Positions 6,856 through 18,080 of a stretch of DNA of 64,000 bases are shown piece by piece. Under the pieces are notes generated by a model. It searched no databases and was not told the origin of the DNA. It saw only the letters and a list, made by a program, of their open reading frames with translations. The position numbers and the translations under genes are program-made. Numbering within the stretch: position 1 is the first letter of the stretch; the number at the start of each line of letters is the position of its first letter. The DNA comes from Aquificaceae bacterium (GTDB lineage Bacteria > Aquificota > Aquificia > Aquificales > Aquificaceae): NCBI GenBank assembly GCA_037925075.1, contig JAXSNR010000001.1, forward strand, positions 320,001-384,000, in the 5' to 3' direction.

Positions 6856-9816
6856 ATGTTCAGTGAAAACCTTTTGTCCGCAAAGTCCCTTGAGTACATA
6901 AACAGGGCAAAGGAGATGGCAAAGAGGGGTGGGGACAGCAAGGTGGATACGGACCATCTTCTTCTTGCCATGCTTGCGGACGAAAAATCTCCCTTAGCCA
7001 AGTATCTTGAAAAGAGAGGTGTTGAGGCAAAGTCCCTTTACAGGAAGGTTTCTGAATACCTTGAAAAGCTCTACTCCCAGATAGGCAAAGCGGTCCAGCA
7101 AGAGGCACAGCACCTTATAGACCTAAGAAGCAAAATAATGCAGGTAAAGTCGGACATAGGTCAAGTGCAGATAGAGTTAGAAAAGTTAAAAAGGGCAAAG
7201 GAAAGGGTAAGAGGTGAGCTGGAAAGGGCAAGGAGGTACGCAGACTACTGGAACCTTCAGGAGCTTCAGGTGGAGCTTGCCCGCCTTGAAAGGCTTGAAA
7301 GCCAGTACAGAAGCCAGCTTGAGGGTGTGGAAAGGAGCCTTTCAACCGTCTTTAAGCCAGAGGATGTAAAAGCCTTTCTTGAAAACAGGCTAAGCATTGA
7401 CGGGCTTATAAGGAAAGCCCTTAAAACCTCAAGCCTTGTGGAGCAGGTAAAGGAGCTTGGCATATCACCCGAAAGGGTTATAGACGCGGTAGGGAAGATA
7501 GTCTTTGGTAAAGAGCCAGCCTTTGACTACGCTCAGAACCTTGTGAGGGTGCTTGAAAGAGCTCAGGACAAGGCCATCTCCGAAGGTCTTTCTCAAGTAG
7601 AGCCCTATCACATGGTAGCCAGTCTAATAGAGGCAAAGGATACCATAGCAGGTAAGATTTTAGAAGATATAGCAGGAGGTGAAAAAATGAAGGATGTGTC
7701 TCAGGAACTAAGGGAAGAGGAAAAGTCCGCCCTTGAAAGGTTTGGGACGGACCTAACCCAGCTGGCAAGGGAAGGCAAACTGGACCCAGTGATCGGCAGA
7801 GAAAAAGAGATAAACCAGCTTATAGAGGTTCTCTTAAGAAGGACTAAAAACAATCCAGTGCTTGTGGGAGATCCAGGTGTGGGAAAGACCGCCATAGTAG
7901 AAGGCCTTGCTCAGAGAATAGTTAGCAAAGAAGTTCCCGCGGAGCTTCAAGACAAGGCTATCATCTCCGTAGACATGGGCTCTATAATAGCAGGCTCCAA
8001 ATATAGGGGTGAGTTTGAAGAAAGGTTCAAGAGCCTTTTGGATGAGGTAAAGCAAAAGGGAAACGTAATACTCTTTATAGATGAGATACATACAGTGGTA
8101 GGTGCCGGCAAAGCGGAGGGTGCGGTGGATGCGGGCAACATGCTAAAGCCATCCCTTGCAAGGGGTGAGATAAGGGTGATAGGTGCTACCACGGTGGATG
8201 AGTACAGAAAATACATTGAAAAGGACCCAGCCTTAGAAAGGAGGTTTCAACCCATCTATGTGGATGAGCCCACAGAAGAAGAAGCCCTTGAGATACTAAA
8301 AGGTCTAAGACCCAAACTGGAAAAGCATCACAAGGTTAAAATATCCGACCAAGCCTTAGAATCTGCGGTAAAGCTTACAAAAAGGTACGTAACCTTTAGA
8401 AAACTACCCGACAAGGCCATAGACGCCCTTGACCAAGCATCCGCCCGTAAAAAGCTTATGGCAGTTTCCTTACCTCCAGAGGTGCAAGAGATAGAAAGAA
8501 GGCTCAAAAGCCTTGAGGAGGAAATACAAAAGGCATACCTTGAAGGAAACTACGAAAAGGAGGCACAGCTTAAGATAAAGAAAGTCCAGCTTGAGAAGGA
8601 AAAGCAGGCACTCCTTTCCAAGTCAGGTGGTGTAGAAACCAGAATATCGGAAATAAAAAGGCTTATGGAAGAGCTTGACCAAGAAATCCTTAAGGCCTCC
8701 GAAAGGGGGGACTACGAAAGAGAGGCAAGCCTAAAGATAGAGAAGGTAAAGCTTGAGAAAGAGCTAAAAGAGCTTGAAAGCAAAAAGGCACAGGAGCTTG
8801 TGGTTGGTTGGGATGATGTGGCGCAGGTGGTCTCCGAATGGACCGGTATACCAATTACAAAGCTAAAGGAAGAAGAGATGGAAAGGCTTCTCAAGCTTGA
8901 AGAGGAGCTCCACAAAAGGGTTATAGACCAAGAGCATGCGGTGGTAGCCGTCTCAGAAGCCATTAGAAGGGCAAGGGCAGGGCTTAAGGACCCAAAAAGG
9001 CCCATAGCCAGCTTTCTGTTCCTTGGTCCCACAGGTGTAGGAAAGACGGAGCTTTCAAAGGCTCTTGCCGAGCTACTGTTTGGGGATGAGGATGCCCTTA
9101 TAAGGCTTGATATGTCCGAATTTAAAGAAGAGCATAGCGTGGCAAAGCTTATAGGTGCACCTCCGGGTTATGTTGGATACGAAGAGGGCGGAAAGCTTAC
9201 AGAGGCAGTAAGAAGAAAGCCCTACTCTGTAATACTCCTTGATGAGGTGGAAAAGGCACATCCAAGGGTCTTTGACCTATTCTTGCAAGTGTTGGACGAC
9301 GGAAGACTTACTGACTCTCACGGAAGGACTGTGGACTTTAGAAACACGGTTATAATCATGACTTCCAACGTAGGCTCTCAGTATCTTCTGAGCATATCGG
9401 TGGATGGAGACGAAGAAAAGGTTCAGAGGGAGTTTGAAAAAGCAAAGGAAAAGGTCTTAGAAGAGCTTCGCTACCACTTCAGACCCGAGTTTCTCAACAG
9501 GATAGATGAGGTTATCGTTTTCAAGCCCCTTACCATGAAGGAGCTCTTCCAGATAATAGACCTCTTGGTGGCAGGTATAAACAGGAGACTGGCGGAAAGA
9601 AACATAAGCATAGAGCTAAGCGAAAAGGCAAGGGAGTATCTTGTAAGGCTTGGCTATGATCCAGCATACGGTGCAAGACCTCTCAAAAGGACTTTGCAAA
9701 AGCACTTGGAAACCCCTCTGGCAAACCTTATAATAAAGGGAGAAGTAAAGGACGGTCAAAGGGTTCTGGTGGAATTGGTAGATGAAAAGCTCTCCTTTCA
9801 GCCCATCAACCTTTGA
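6856..9816 (+). CDS. clpB: ClpB-type AAA+ disaggregase with extended N-domain
   Basis: Clp-N repeats, two Walker A motifs ([16 protein letters not shown]), coiled-coil middle domain, no IGF/LGF ClpP-docking loop. Confidence 0.85.
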   Translation: MFSENLLSAKSLEYINRAKEMAKRGGDSKVDTDHLLLAMLADEKSPLAKYLEKRGVEAKSLYRKVSEYLEKLYSQIGKAVQQEAQHLIDLRSKIMQVKSDIGQVQIELEKLKRAKERVRGELERARRYADYWNLQELQVELARLERLESQYRSQLEGVERSLSTVFKPEDVKAFLENRLSIDGLIRKALKTSSLVEQVKELGISPERVIDAVGKIVFGKEPAFDYAQNLVRVLERAQDKAISEGLSQVEPYHMVASLIEAKDTIAGKILEDIAGGEKMKDVSQELREEEKSALERFGTDLTQLAREGKLDPVIGREKEINQLIEVLLRRTKNNPVLVGDPGVGKTAIVEGLAQRIVSKEVPAELQDKAIISVDMGSIIAGSKYRGEFEERFKSLLDEVKQKGNVILFIDEIHTVVGAGKAEGAVDAGNMLKPSLARGEIRVIGATTVDEYRKYIEKDPALERRFQPIYVDEPTEEEALEILKGLRPKLEKHHKVKISDQALESAVKLTKRYVTFRKLPDKAIDALDQASARKKLMAVSLPPEVQEIERRLKSLEEEIQKAYLEGNYEKEAQLKIKKVQLEKEKQALLSKSGGVETRISEIKRLMEELDQEILKASERGDYEREASLKIEKVKLEKELKELESKKAQELVVGWDDVAQVVSEWTGIPITKLKEEEMERLLKLEEELHKRVIDQEHAVVAVSEAIRRARAGLKDPKRPIASFLFLGPTGVGKTELSKALAELLFGDEDALIRLDMSEFKEEHSVAKLIGAPPGYVGYEEGGKLTEAVRRKPYSVILLDEVEKAHPRVFDLFLQVLDDGRLTDSHGRTVDFRNTVIIMTSNVGSQYLLSISVDGDEEKVQREFEKAKEKVLEELRYHFRPEFLNRIDEVIVFKPLTMKELFQIIDLLVAGINRRLAERNISIELSEKAREYLVRLGYDPAYGARPLKRTLQKHLETPLANLIIKGEVKDGQRVLVELVDEKLSFQPINL

Positions 9817-11891
9817 AGGCTTTCTACGCCCTCCAGCCTTTGGAGGGCTTCCTTTATCCTTAGAAAATCTTGATAGCTTTCCACCTGCAGGGTAAAGTCC
9901 ATAAGAGCCTGACCGGAGGGAAGGCTTTTTGTCCTTGCTTCTGTGATGTTTGCTCCAAGCTTTGCAATGCTAGTGGTCACCTCCCCCAGTATGCCTACCC
10001 TGTCTTTTACCAAAAGCCTTAGCCTTACAGGATGAAGCCCCTGAGACCTGTCCCACAAAACTTTTATAACCTTTTCCGGTGAAAACTTCAAAAGATAGTT
10101 TAGGTTTGGACAATCTTTTGAGTGGATCACAAGCCCCTTACCCCTTGATATAACACCATAAACCTCCTCTCCCGGCAGCGGATTACAGCACTCCGCAAGA
10201 TTATGAAGTACTTTACCAAGACCATCTATTTGCAAAACATCTTCAACCTTTTCCTGAGCCTTCTCCTTCTGAGCCTTCTTAAACAGGGAATAAACCCTTT
10301 CCTTCTGAATCTTGCCACTTCCAAGAAGTAGGTATATCTCCTCTTCCCTTTGAGCGTTTGTTTCTTCCATCAACTTCCTTAAAAGGGTTTCCCGACTAAT
10401 GCCAAGCTTTTGTGAATAAAGTTCAAGCTTTTCCCTTCCAAGCTGTATATACCTTTCCCTTTCAAGCTCTTTAAGCACAGCCTTTATTTTGCTTCTTGCC
10501 TTTGAGGTGACCACAAAACTGAGCCATTCCTGATTGGGCTTTTTGTTGGGGTTTGTGATTATCTCTACCATATCTCCGTTCTGAAGCTTGTAGTTTAAGG
10601 GTACAATCTTACCTTTTACCTTTGCCCCGGCGCAGTGGTTGCCCACCTCCGTGTGTATGTGATAGGCAAAGTCCACCGGAGTTGCACCCTTTGGAAGAAC
10701 AATGAGGTCACCCTTTGGAGTAAAGACAAAAACCTCCTCGGAAAATAGCTCAAGCTTTAGGTTCTCCAAAAGCTCCTGAGGGTTTTTACTACCCTTTACA
10801 CTTTCCACAAGGCTCTTTAGCCAAGAATATACCCCTCCATCCTTTACGGTTTTGCCCTCCTTATAAGCCCAGTGGGCTGCAATACCCTTTTCTGCCCTTT
10901 CGTGCATCTCCCAAGTGCGTATTTGCACCTCCACCATTCTACCCTTTGGACCTATCACCGCGGTATGAAGGGACTGGTACAAGTTGGGCTTTGGTAGAGA
11001 TATGTAGTCGTCAAACTTACCCGGTACAGGTTTAAAGGCACTGTGAACCACTCCAAGTACAAGGTAGCATTCCTGAACCGTATTGACTATTACTCTCACA
11101 CCCAATATATCGTGCACATCCTCAAGCCTTATACCTTTTTTTAAAGTCTTTTGCCATATGCCGTACAGATGCTTTGGTCTGTAAGACACATGTGCCTCAA
11201 TGCCTTCCCTTTTTAATTCCTCCTTTAGTTTTGGTATGAATATCCTCTTTAAGTAATCTTCAAGCTCCTTTTTGCTTTTGCCTACAAAGTTTTTAACCTC
11301 TTCGTATTCCTTGGGATAAAGATACATAAAGCAAAGGTCTTCAAGCTCCGTCTTGATTCTCCATAGACCAAGCCTGTTGGCTATGGGAACGTATATCTCA
11401 AGGGTCTCTCTTGCAATTCTAACTTGCTTTTCCCTGCTGAAAAACTGAAGGGTTTTCATGTTGTGAAGCCTGTCCGCAAGCTTTACGAATATGACCCTCA
11501 GATCCTTTGAGAAGGCAAGGATGAGCTTTCTATAGTTTTCCGCCTTTCTGGTCTCTACATCCTTAAAGGGAATCTTCCCAAGCTTGGTTACCCCATCCAC
11601 TATGTCCGCCACATCTTTATCAAACTTTTCCTTTAACTCCTCGTAGGTGGTTTCCGTATCCTCAAGCACATCATGAAGAAGCCCAGCGACCACCGTATCC
11701 CTGTCCATACCAAGCTCCGCCAGGATTATGGCAACTTCAACAGGGTGTATCACGTAGGGTTCTCCAGATTTTCTAAACTGCCCTGCGTGCTTTTCTTCTA
11801 TAAACTCAAGGGCTTTTCTCACTTTGTCGTCTTCATATCCCAGAAACTTGAAGAGTCTTTCTTCTTGTTTTTTATTTAAAGTAGTTTCCAT
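9798..11891 (-). CDS. spoT: Bifunctional (p)ppGpp synthetase/hydrolase Rel/SpoT
   Basis: HD motif (LLHDVLED), synthetase YQSLHT/EVQIRT, TGS and ACT domains. Confidence 0.93.
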   Translation of the reverse strand: METTLNKKQEERLFKFLGYEDDKVRKALEFIEEKHAGQFRKSGEPYVIHPVEVAIILAELGMDRDTVVAGLLHDVLEDTETTYEELKEKFDKDVADIVDGVTKLGKIPFKDVETRKAENYRKLILAFSKDLRVIFVKLADRLHNMKTLQFFSREKQVRIARETLEIYVPIANRLGLWRIKTELEDLCFMYLYPKEYEEVKNFVGKSKKELEDYLKRIFIPKLKEELKREGIEAHVSYRPKHLYGIWQKTLKKGIRLEDVHDILGVRVIVNTVQECYLVLGVVHSAFKPVPGKFDDYISLPKPNLYQSLHTAVIGPKGRMVEVQIRTWEMHERAEKGIAAHWAYKEGKTVKDGGVYSWLKSLVESVKGSKNPQELLENLKLELFSEEVFVFTPKGDLIVLPKGATPVDFAYHIHTEVGNHCAGAKVKGKIVPLNYKLQNGDMVEIITNPNKKPNQEWLSFVVTSKARSKIKAVLKELERERYIQLGREKLELYSQKLGISRETLLRKLMEETNAQREEEIYLLLGSGKIQKERVYSLFKKAQKEKAQEKVEDVLQIDGLGKVLHNLAECCNPLPGEEVYGVISRGKGLVIHSKDCPNLNYLLKFSPEKVIKVLWDRSQGLHPVRLRLLVKDRVGILGEVTTSIAKLGANITEARTKSLPSGQALMDFTLQVESYQDFLRIKEALQRLEGVESLQRLMG

Positions 11892-11908
11892 AGTTTATAA
11901 TATTATGG

Positions 11909-12940
11909 ATGTTAAACAAATTAGCAAACTTTTTTGGTTTTATTACCAATAACATAGGCATAGACCTAGGCACGGCCAACACGGTTGTTTATGCACAGGG
12001 GAAGGGTATAATGCTTTATGAACCCTCCATAGTTGCGGTGGATGTGCGCTCTGGCAGAATTCTAGCAGTAGGTAAAGAAGCAAAGGATATGCTTGGAAAA
12101 ACTCCAGAAAACATACAGACCATTAGACCTCTCAGAGATGGTGTAATAACAGACTTTGAAGCTACAAAGGTTATGCTTTCCTATTTCATAAACAAGACTA
12201 TAGGTGGTGGCATATTTAAGGCAAAACCGAGGGTTGTTATAGGTGTGCCCTCTGGGGTCACGCAAGTGGAAAAGAGAGCGGTTATAGATGCCGCAAAGAG
12301 TGCAGGAGCAAGAGAGGTCTACCTTATAGCTGAGCCTATGGCTGCGGCTATAGGTGCTGGGCTTCCCGTAGAAGAGCCCATAGGCAACATGGTGGTAGAT
12401 ATAGGAGGTGGGACTACGGAAATAGCGGTTATATCCCTTGCAGGTATAGTGGTTTCCAATTCAATAAGGGTAGCAGGCGATGAGATGACAGAAGCCATAA
12501 TACAGCACGTTAAGAAAAAGTATCACCTTCTCATGGGGGAACAGACCGCAGAAAAGGTAAAGATAGAGTTAGGCAGTGCCATATACGAGGAAGAGGAAAG
12601 GTTTATGGAGATAAAGGGAAGAGACATAACAGGGCTTCCAAGGGTAGTAAGGATAAGTAATAAAGATGTTACAGAAGCCCTTGAGGATGTGCTTTCCTCT
12701 ATAATAAACGCAGTTAAGTCCACCTTGGAAAGGACTCCCCCAGAGCTTGCCTCTGACATAGCGGAAAGGGGTATTACCTTGGCCGGTGGAGGTTCTCTCC
12801 TTAGAAACCTCAACCTAAGAATAGAGCGTGAAACAGGCATAATAACCCATTACTGTGAAGACCCTATAACTGCTGTCGCCCGAGGTGTGGGGAAAGTCCT
12901 TGACAATATAGAACTTATAAGGAAAGTTTCCATGGAATGA
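11909..12940 (+). CDS. mreB: Rod shape-determining protein MreB
   Basis: IGIDLGTANT, DIGGGTTE and LAGGGSLL actin-fold motifs. Confidence 0.97.
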   Translation: MLNKLANFFGFITNNIGIDLGTANTVVYAQGKGIMLYEPSIVAVDVRSGRILAVGKEAKDMLGKTPENIQTIRPLRDGVITDFEATKVMLSYFINKTIGGGIFKAKPRVVIGVPSGVTQVEKRAVIDAAKSAGAREVYLIAEPMAAAIGAGLPVEEPIGNMVVDIGGGTTEIAVISLAGIVVSNSIRVAGDEMTEAIIQHVKKKYHLLMGEQTAEKVKIELGSAIYEEEERFMEIKGRDITGLPRVVRISNKDVTEALEDVLSSIINAVKSTLERTPPELASDIAERGITLAGGGSLLRNLNLRIERETGIITHYCEDPITAVARGVGKVLDNIELIRKVSME

Positions 12941-13725
12941 CAAGCTATGTTAAACCTTTTGTCGCTATATTCTTAAGCATTGTGGTTTACTTTATGAACC
13001 TTTCTACCTTACCGTATATAAGCCAAGTTTATAACCTATTTAGGTCTGCGGTCTATCCCTTTTTTGAATTAAAGGGAAGCCTCCAAGAAGGCACAAGAAA
13101 AATTGTAGAAAAATATGTGCTTTTAAAAGATTTAAAAGAAGAAAACAACAGACTAAGGAAGGAACTTGAGGAGTATAAACTTTACAAAGCCCAACTTCTA
13201 GCCTGCGAAAATAGCCTAAAAAGCCTAAGCCAAGCCATGGACATTCCCTTCAAACCAAGCGACTACCCAATAGTTTATGCGAACGTGATTGCCTATGACC
13301 CGTCAAGTAGAGACACCTTTGTGCTAGTAAACAGGGGACAGGATAAGGGTATATCCGAGGGCATGTTGGCATATTCTGGGGAGAATCTGGTGGGCATTGT
13401 GGACAGCGTGTATGTGGGCTCCTCAAAGATAAGGACGGTTTTCTCCGAAGACTTTACATTTAGTGCAGGGGTGGGGGACAAGGCGTACATATACAAAGGA
13501 GGGTTTCCCATGGGTTCTTTGCTCCATGTTAAGGCTGACGACGAGGTTAATGTGGGCGACGTGGTTTATGTAAGGGTGCCGGGCAAAGTCTTCCCTCAAC
13601 TCAAGATCGGTACTGTTCAGCAGGTTTCTTACGATGGAAAGGGGTTTTTTAAAAAGGTCTACGTCAAACCCTTTGCAGACATAAGAAGGATTTCACTTCT
13701 TTTGATTATAAGTGAGCGGTTATGA
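12937..13725 (+). CDS. mreC: Rod shape-determining protein MreC
   Basis: TM anchor, coiled coil LKEENNRLR, NRGQDKGI...LVGIV; follows mreB. Confidence 0.9.
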   Translation: MTSYVKPFVAIFLSIVVYFMNLSTLPYISQVYNLFRSAVYPFFELKGSLQEGTRKIVEKYVLLKDLKEENNRLRKELEEYKLYKAQLLACENSLKSLSQAMDIPFKPSDYPIVYANVIAYDPSSRDTFVLVNRGQDKGISEGMLAYSGENLVGIVDSVYVGSSKIRTVFSEDFTFSAGVGDKAYIYKGGFPMGSLLHVKADDEVNVGDVVYVRVPGKVFPQLKIGTVQQVSYDGKGFFKKVYVKPFADIRRISLLLIISERL

Positions 13726-14171
13726 AATTCTACCTGATTGCCTTTTTACTTGCATATTTCCAGAGTTCGGTGCTGATAGCCATCTTCCACAACATGCTTA
13801 TCACTCCCAATCCTCTCCTTGTCTACCTTTTTCTCAATATCTTCAGAGAAAATGGTGGATGGCTTTTAAGAACGATTACGGCGGGTTTTTTCCTTGACCT
13901 TTTTCAGGATTCTCTAGGGTTGAATTTATCGGGGTATATTTTCTTTGCCACCCTTTTTAGCCTAATGAGATCGAGGGTAGAAATCCCGAACAGGCTTTCC
14001 TTATTATTTGCCTACCTTCCTCTCTCTCTGATGGAAAAGCTCTGGGTGATCTTCCTGTTCAGAATAAGGTACTATGCGGACCTTACCTTATGGCTCTTGC
14101 CCTTTAGCCTCTTTCTTGAAACGCTTTTCCTTTATCTTATTTCAGGAAGATATTTTCGCAAGGGGTCATGA
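13722..14171 (+). CDS. mreD: Rod shape-determining protein MreD
   Basis: Hydrophobic, GFFLDLFQDSLG motif; lies between mreC and pbp2. Confidence 0.8.
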   Translation: MKFYLIAFLLAYFQSSVLIAIFHNMLITPNPLLVYLFLNIFRENGGWLLRTITAGFFLDLFQDSLGLNLSGYIFFATLFSLMRSRVEIPNRLSLLFAYLPLSLMEKLWVIFLFRIRYYADLTLWLLPFSLFLETLFLYLISGRYFRKGS

Positions 14172-15937
14172 GTAGAAGGCGGTTTTTATTTCTTGGGCTT
14201 GTGGGTATCTTTGCTTACATCTTGGTCTTTCTTAGACTGGTTTACCTTCAGCTTTTCAAAAGCAAACACTACAAGGAGCTTGCTCAAAGGAATTACGTAA
14301 GAAAAAGGGTCATCTATCCTCAGAGAGGAGATATACTTGACAGAAGGGGTGAGAAGTTAGCCTACGATACACCAAGATATCTACTTCTTCTTGACCATCA
14401 AAAATTGCAGGATGAAGGCAACCTTGATGAGGTTTTAATAAATGTTGAAGAAATATTTGGAATCAAGCTGGATCAGGAAGGCATAAAAAAAAGGAAGGCA
14501 ATAGAACCGGTGGTTCTTACCGAGCTAAAGACACAAGAAGAGGTAGACAAATTCTATAACCATAGCTACAAGCTCCCAGGAGTTTTTATAAACACGGTGC
14601 CAACGAGGAACTATCCTCTGGGTGAGATATGCGCCCACGTGGCGGGATATGTTTCTTATCCAACAGAAACACACTATCAAAAGTATGGAGACAGGATTGG
14701 AAGTCAGAGCTTGGTAGGTGTTTATGGGCTTGAGAAAGCCTTTGATACAGACCTTTTGGGCAAGGTCGGGGCTGAAGAGGTTATGGTAAACGCTGTTGGA
14801 AAGGTTATAGGAAATATGGGATACAAGGAGCCAGAAAAGGGTATAACTCTTTTAACTACCATAGACACAAGGATACAAAGCATAGCTTATGAGGTCTTCA
14901 GAGATTCAGGGCAAAAAGCTGGAGCGGTGCTCCTGCTCGACACAAGAACTGGAGAAGTACTGGCACTTCTAAGCTATCCATCCTTCGAGCCCAACAGGGT
15001 CGCAGAGCTATGGAGTCAGTACAACAAGGACAGGTTAAAGCCTCTCTTTAACAGGGCAACACATGCCAAGTACCCTCCCGCATCTGTCATAAAGCCCGCA
15101 CTTGGCTTGGTCTTGCTTGAAAGGGGTCTATCCGCAAAGGAAGGTGTTGTATGCAAAGGTTACCTTGAACTGGGAAACAGAAAGTTTTCCTGCTGGAACA
15201 GGGCAGGACACGGCTGGGAGAACCTACACGGAGCAATAAGGGATTCATGCGATGTGTATTTTTACCACTACGGCTACTACAAACTTGGTCCAAGAGAGAT
15301 AGAGAGAATTCTCAGAGGTTTTTCTTACGGTGAAGATGTACCCTTTGACCTTCCTCTTACAAAAGGTTTTATACCCACGCCCGAATGGAAAAGGAATAAG
15401 TTGAAAGAGCCGTGGTATGGTGGAGACACAGTTAACATGTCCATAGGACAAGGATACATAAGGTCCACCCTTTTTGAGCAGGTGCTTATGATGATGGCAA
15501 TAGCCAACAACGGGGTTATTTATAAGCCCTTGTTGGTGAAGGAAAAGAGGAATGCGGAAGGAAAAGTGGTGTGGAAGGCAAGCAAAAGCGTTTATAAGGT
15601 GGTAAAGGCTAAGCCAGAGCACTTTGCCATCATAAGGGAAGCACTCAGGGATGTGGTAAGGTTTGGAACCGCCACCTCCGCCTATTCTAGAATAGTTGAT
15701 ATAGCAGGGAAAACGGGCACCGCCCAAGTGTCCGCTCACAGCGCAAGAAGAAAAAACCTTCCTTATCACCTTAGGGACCATGCTTGGTTTGTGGGTTTTG
15801 CACCCTACAGGGATCCAGTCTTTGTAATAGGTGTAATCGTAGAACATGGAGGTTCCGGAGGTGCGGTCGCCGCACCCATAGCAAGAAGGATTCTTGAGAG
15901 GATATACATGGAAGGCATACACAAAGAGCTTACTTAA
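14168..15937 (+). CDS. mrdA: Penicillin-binding protein 2
   Basis: RGDILDR, SxxK (ASVIK), SCD and KTG motifs. Confidence 0.93.
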   Translation: MSRRRFLFLGLVGIFAYILVFLRLVYLQLFKSKHYKELAQRNYVRKRVIYPQRGDILDRRGEKLAYDTPRYLLLLDHQKLQDEGNLDEVLINVEEIFGIKLDQEGIKKRKAIEPVVLTELKTQEEVDKFYNHSYKLPGVFINTVPTRNYPLGEICAHVAGYVSYPTETHYQKYGDRIGSQSLVGVYGLEKAFDTDLLGKVGAEEVMVNAVGKVIGNMGYKEPEKGITLLTTIDTRIQSIAYEVFRDSGQKAGAVLLLDTRTGEVLALLSYPSFEPNRVAELWSQYNKDRLKPLFNRATHAKYPPASVIKPALGLVLLERGLSAKEGVVCKGYLELGNRKFSCWNRAGHGWENLHGAIRDSCDVYFYHYGYYKLGPREIERILRGFSYGEDVPFDLPLTKGFIPTPEWKRNKLKEPWYGGDTVNMSIGQGYIRSTLFEQVLMMMAIANNGVIYKPLLVKEKRNAEGKVVWKASKSVYKVVKAKPEHFAIIREALRDVVRFGTATSAYSRIVDIAGKTGTAQVSAHSARRKNLPYHLRDHAWFVGFAPYRDPVFVIGVIVEHGGSGGAVAAPIARRILERIYMEGIHKELT

Positions 15938-16466
15938 AGGCTACAAGCGTGGATACATTAAATTCTTCCCTGTAAAAAATTATTCTAAAACCTTCAAAAA
16001 GCTTGAGTAGTTCTCCTTCTTTAAGTAGATAATCGGGGTTGAAGTCCTTTTTTACAAGTGTGTGTTTTTCATTGTAAGTTTCAAAGATGAGTAAGCCACC
16101 ATTTTTTGAAGCCTTTTTCATATAAGGTATAAGCCTTCTGTTTAGATAGTAAAAGTTGGCAATAAGGGTATATGTGTTTTCTTTCAGGATAAAGTAATCA
16201 AGATCAGCACATATAAAATTTACATTAAGTTTTTTCTCATATGCCAACCTTTTTGCCTTTTTAAGTGCAAGGAGAGATATATCAATCGCATCTACAATAA
16301 AGCCTTTTTCTGCAAGAAAAACAGCGTTCTCTCCCGTTCCGCAGGCAACATCAAGAGCCCTTCCAAGTGGTGCATAGGTGTAAAACTCAACCAAAGTTTT
16401 ATGAAGCGTACTTTGCCAGCCGTGTAGATATTTAAAGTCCCATCTTTCCTTGTCCCAAAGTGCCAT
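15930..16466 (-). CDS. Class I SAM-dependent methyltransferase (TehB-like)
   Basis: ALDVACGTGENAVFLA SAM-binding motif. Confidence 0.8.
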   Translation of the reverse strand: MALWDKERWDFKYLHGWQSTLHKTLVEFYTYAPLGRALDVACGTGENAVFLAEKGFIVDAIDISLLALKKAKRLAYEKKLNVNFICADLDYFILKENTYTLIANFYYLNRRLIPYMKKASKNGGLLIFETYNEKHTLVKKDFNPDYLLKEGELLKLFEGFRIIFYREEFNVSTLVAFK

Positions 16467-16484
16467 GGTAGAATTTTAAACTCA

Positions 16485-17744
16485 ATGAAAAGGGTCCTTG
16501 TTTGGGGTCTTGGTGTAAGTGGAAGGTCTGCGGTGGAGCTATTGAAGGCTAAGGGCTTTGAGGTTTATGCGGGTGATGATGCAAGGGGTGATAGCTACAA
16601 GGAATATCTTGAGCTTGTGGATACAGTGGTGCTATCTCCGGGCATACCGCCAAGGCATCCTCTTTGGAGGGAAGCAGAGAAAAGAGGTATAGAGGTTATA
16701 GGAGAGCTTGAGTTAGCTTGGAAGTTTTTTAAGGGCAAAGCCTTAGCCATAACAGGCACCGACGGGAAATCCACAACCACAAGGCTCACATACCTTATGC
16801 TAAGGGAAACCTACGCCAACGTGGAAGAGGGAGCAAACGCAGGAAAGCCACTATCTGAGATAGTTTTGGGCAATCCTTCATGCCTTGCGGTCCTTGAGGT
16901 CTCTTCCTTTCAGGGAAAGACGCTAAAAACCTTTAGACCCATAGGGGGAGCCTTTTTGAACTTTTCCGAGGACCACCTTGATTGGCATCCAAGCCTTGGA
17001 GACTACCTTGAGAGCAAGAGGAACATATTCTCAAGACAAGAAGAAGAGGACTTTTTGCTTTTGAACGCCCAAGACCCAAGGGTAAAGGAAACGCCAAGCA
17101 AGGCAAGAAGTTTTTTTCTTCTCCAAGAAAGCTTGCATGGATACATAAAAGGGGGAAGGGCTTACTTTCTCGGTGAAGAGCTCTTTGAAGTGGAAAAGCT
17201 AAAAATAAAAGGAAAACACAACTGGCACAATGCCCTTTTTGCGTCCGCCATGGCAAGGCTTATGCAAGTACCAATGGAAGTCCTACAAGAGGTCCTTTAC
17301 AGCTTTGGGGGGCTTCCTTACAGAATGGAATACTTGGGAAGCTTTGGCGGTGTGGAGGTGTATAACGATTCCAAGTCCACCACCGTTAACGCCCTCAGGT
17401 CTGCCCTTGAAAGCTTTGATAGTGGAAAGGTGATCCTTATAGTGGGTGGAAGAGACAAGGGTGGGGATTTTGAGAGCATAAGGGAACTCGTTAAGAAGAA
17501 GACAAAGCTTAGCCTTATCATAGGTGAGGCAAAGGAAAGGATTGCAAGGGCGTGGCAAGGTTGTGAAACCTACTTGGTGAAAGACCTTGAGTCTGCAGTA
17601 TCAAAAGCCTTTGAGTTTGCAAAGCCTGGAGATGTTATTCTTTTCTCACCAGCCTGTGCTTCCTTTGATATGTTTAGAGACTACAAGGAAAGGGGAGAGA
17701 GGTTTAAGGAGTTGGTATTTAGGCACAGTGATAAAAATATATGA
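16485..17744 (+). CDS. murD: UDP-N-acetylmuramoyl-L-alanine--D-glutamate ligase
   Basis: GLGVSG, ITGTDGKSTTT, NDSKST and SPACASFD motifs. Confidence 0.95.
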   Translation: MKRVLVWGLGVSGRSAVELLKAKGFEVYAGDDARGDSYKEYLELVDTVVLSPGIPPRHPLWREAEKRGIEVIGELELAWKFFKGKALAITGTDGKSTTTRLTYLMLRETYANVEEGANAGKPLSEIVLGNPSCLAVLEVSSFQGKTLKTFRPIGGAFLNFSEDHLDWHPSLGDYLESKRNIFSRQEEEDFLLLNAQDPRVKETPSKARSFFLLQESLHGYIKGGRAYFLGEELFEVEKLKIKGKHNWHNALFASAMARLMQVPMEVLQEVLYSFGGLPYRMEYLGSFGGVEVYNDSKSTTVNALRSALESFDSGKVILIVGGRDKGGDFESIRELVKKKTKLSLIIGEAKERIARAWQGCETYLVKDLESAVSKAFEFAKPGDVILFSPACASFDMFRDYKERGERFKELVFRHSDKNI

Positions 17745-17753
17745 GATGGCGTA

Positions 17754-17810
17754 CTTCACATAATCTCAGCTTTGGGTCTTATGCCATCACAGTCAGGAAA
17801 GATAACTTTT
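17754..17810 (+). repeat. Degenerate copy of an internal sucC segment (19949-20005)
   Basis: Ungapped manual alignment gives 47/57 identical bases. Confidence 0.75.
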
Positions 17811-17945
17811 TGCCAGTTTGCAAACAAAGAGCTCCCCAACTGGAAAGGGCTATCCTTTCTTTTATTTAGTGCCCTCTGGATGTATTTCTCTTGTTTGATC
17901 CCTTGACAATGCAATAAATCATAAATAAAAAATATAATATTAAGC

Positions 17946-18080
17946 ATGGACAAGATTAAAAAATTTCAGGAACTACTTAGGGAGATTTTTGAGTTTGAAG
18001 CATCGGACCTTGACAGTGACTTTGGTGAAGCAGAGATTAAATATATTGAACCAGAGTTTAAAAGATTGGTGGAGGAATAA
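17946..18080 (+). pseudogene. Internally deleted Type III R-M methyltransferase (mod) remnant, 44-aa mini-ORF
   Basis: MDKIKKFQELLREIFEFEASDLD resembles the Mod N-terminus (KFQxLLRExFxFDxADLDFG), joined in frame to SDFGEAEIKYIEPEFKRLVEE*, which resembles the Mod C-terminus (IExEFKRL). Confidence 0.65.

Noticed and set aside
6856..9816. ClpC/ClpA call
   Set aside because: No IGF/LGF ClpP-binding loop is visible, the middle domain is long, and it shares an operator with dnaK.
15245..15922. 225-aa antisense ORF and the many other short overlapping ORFs in the track
   Set aside because: They are shadows of well-supported genes, with no motifs and atypical composition.
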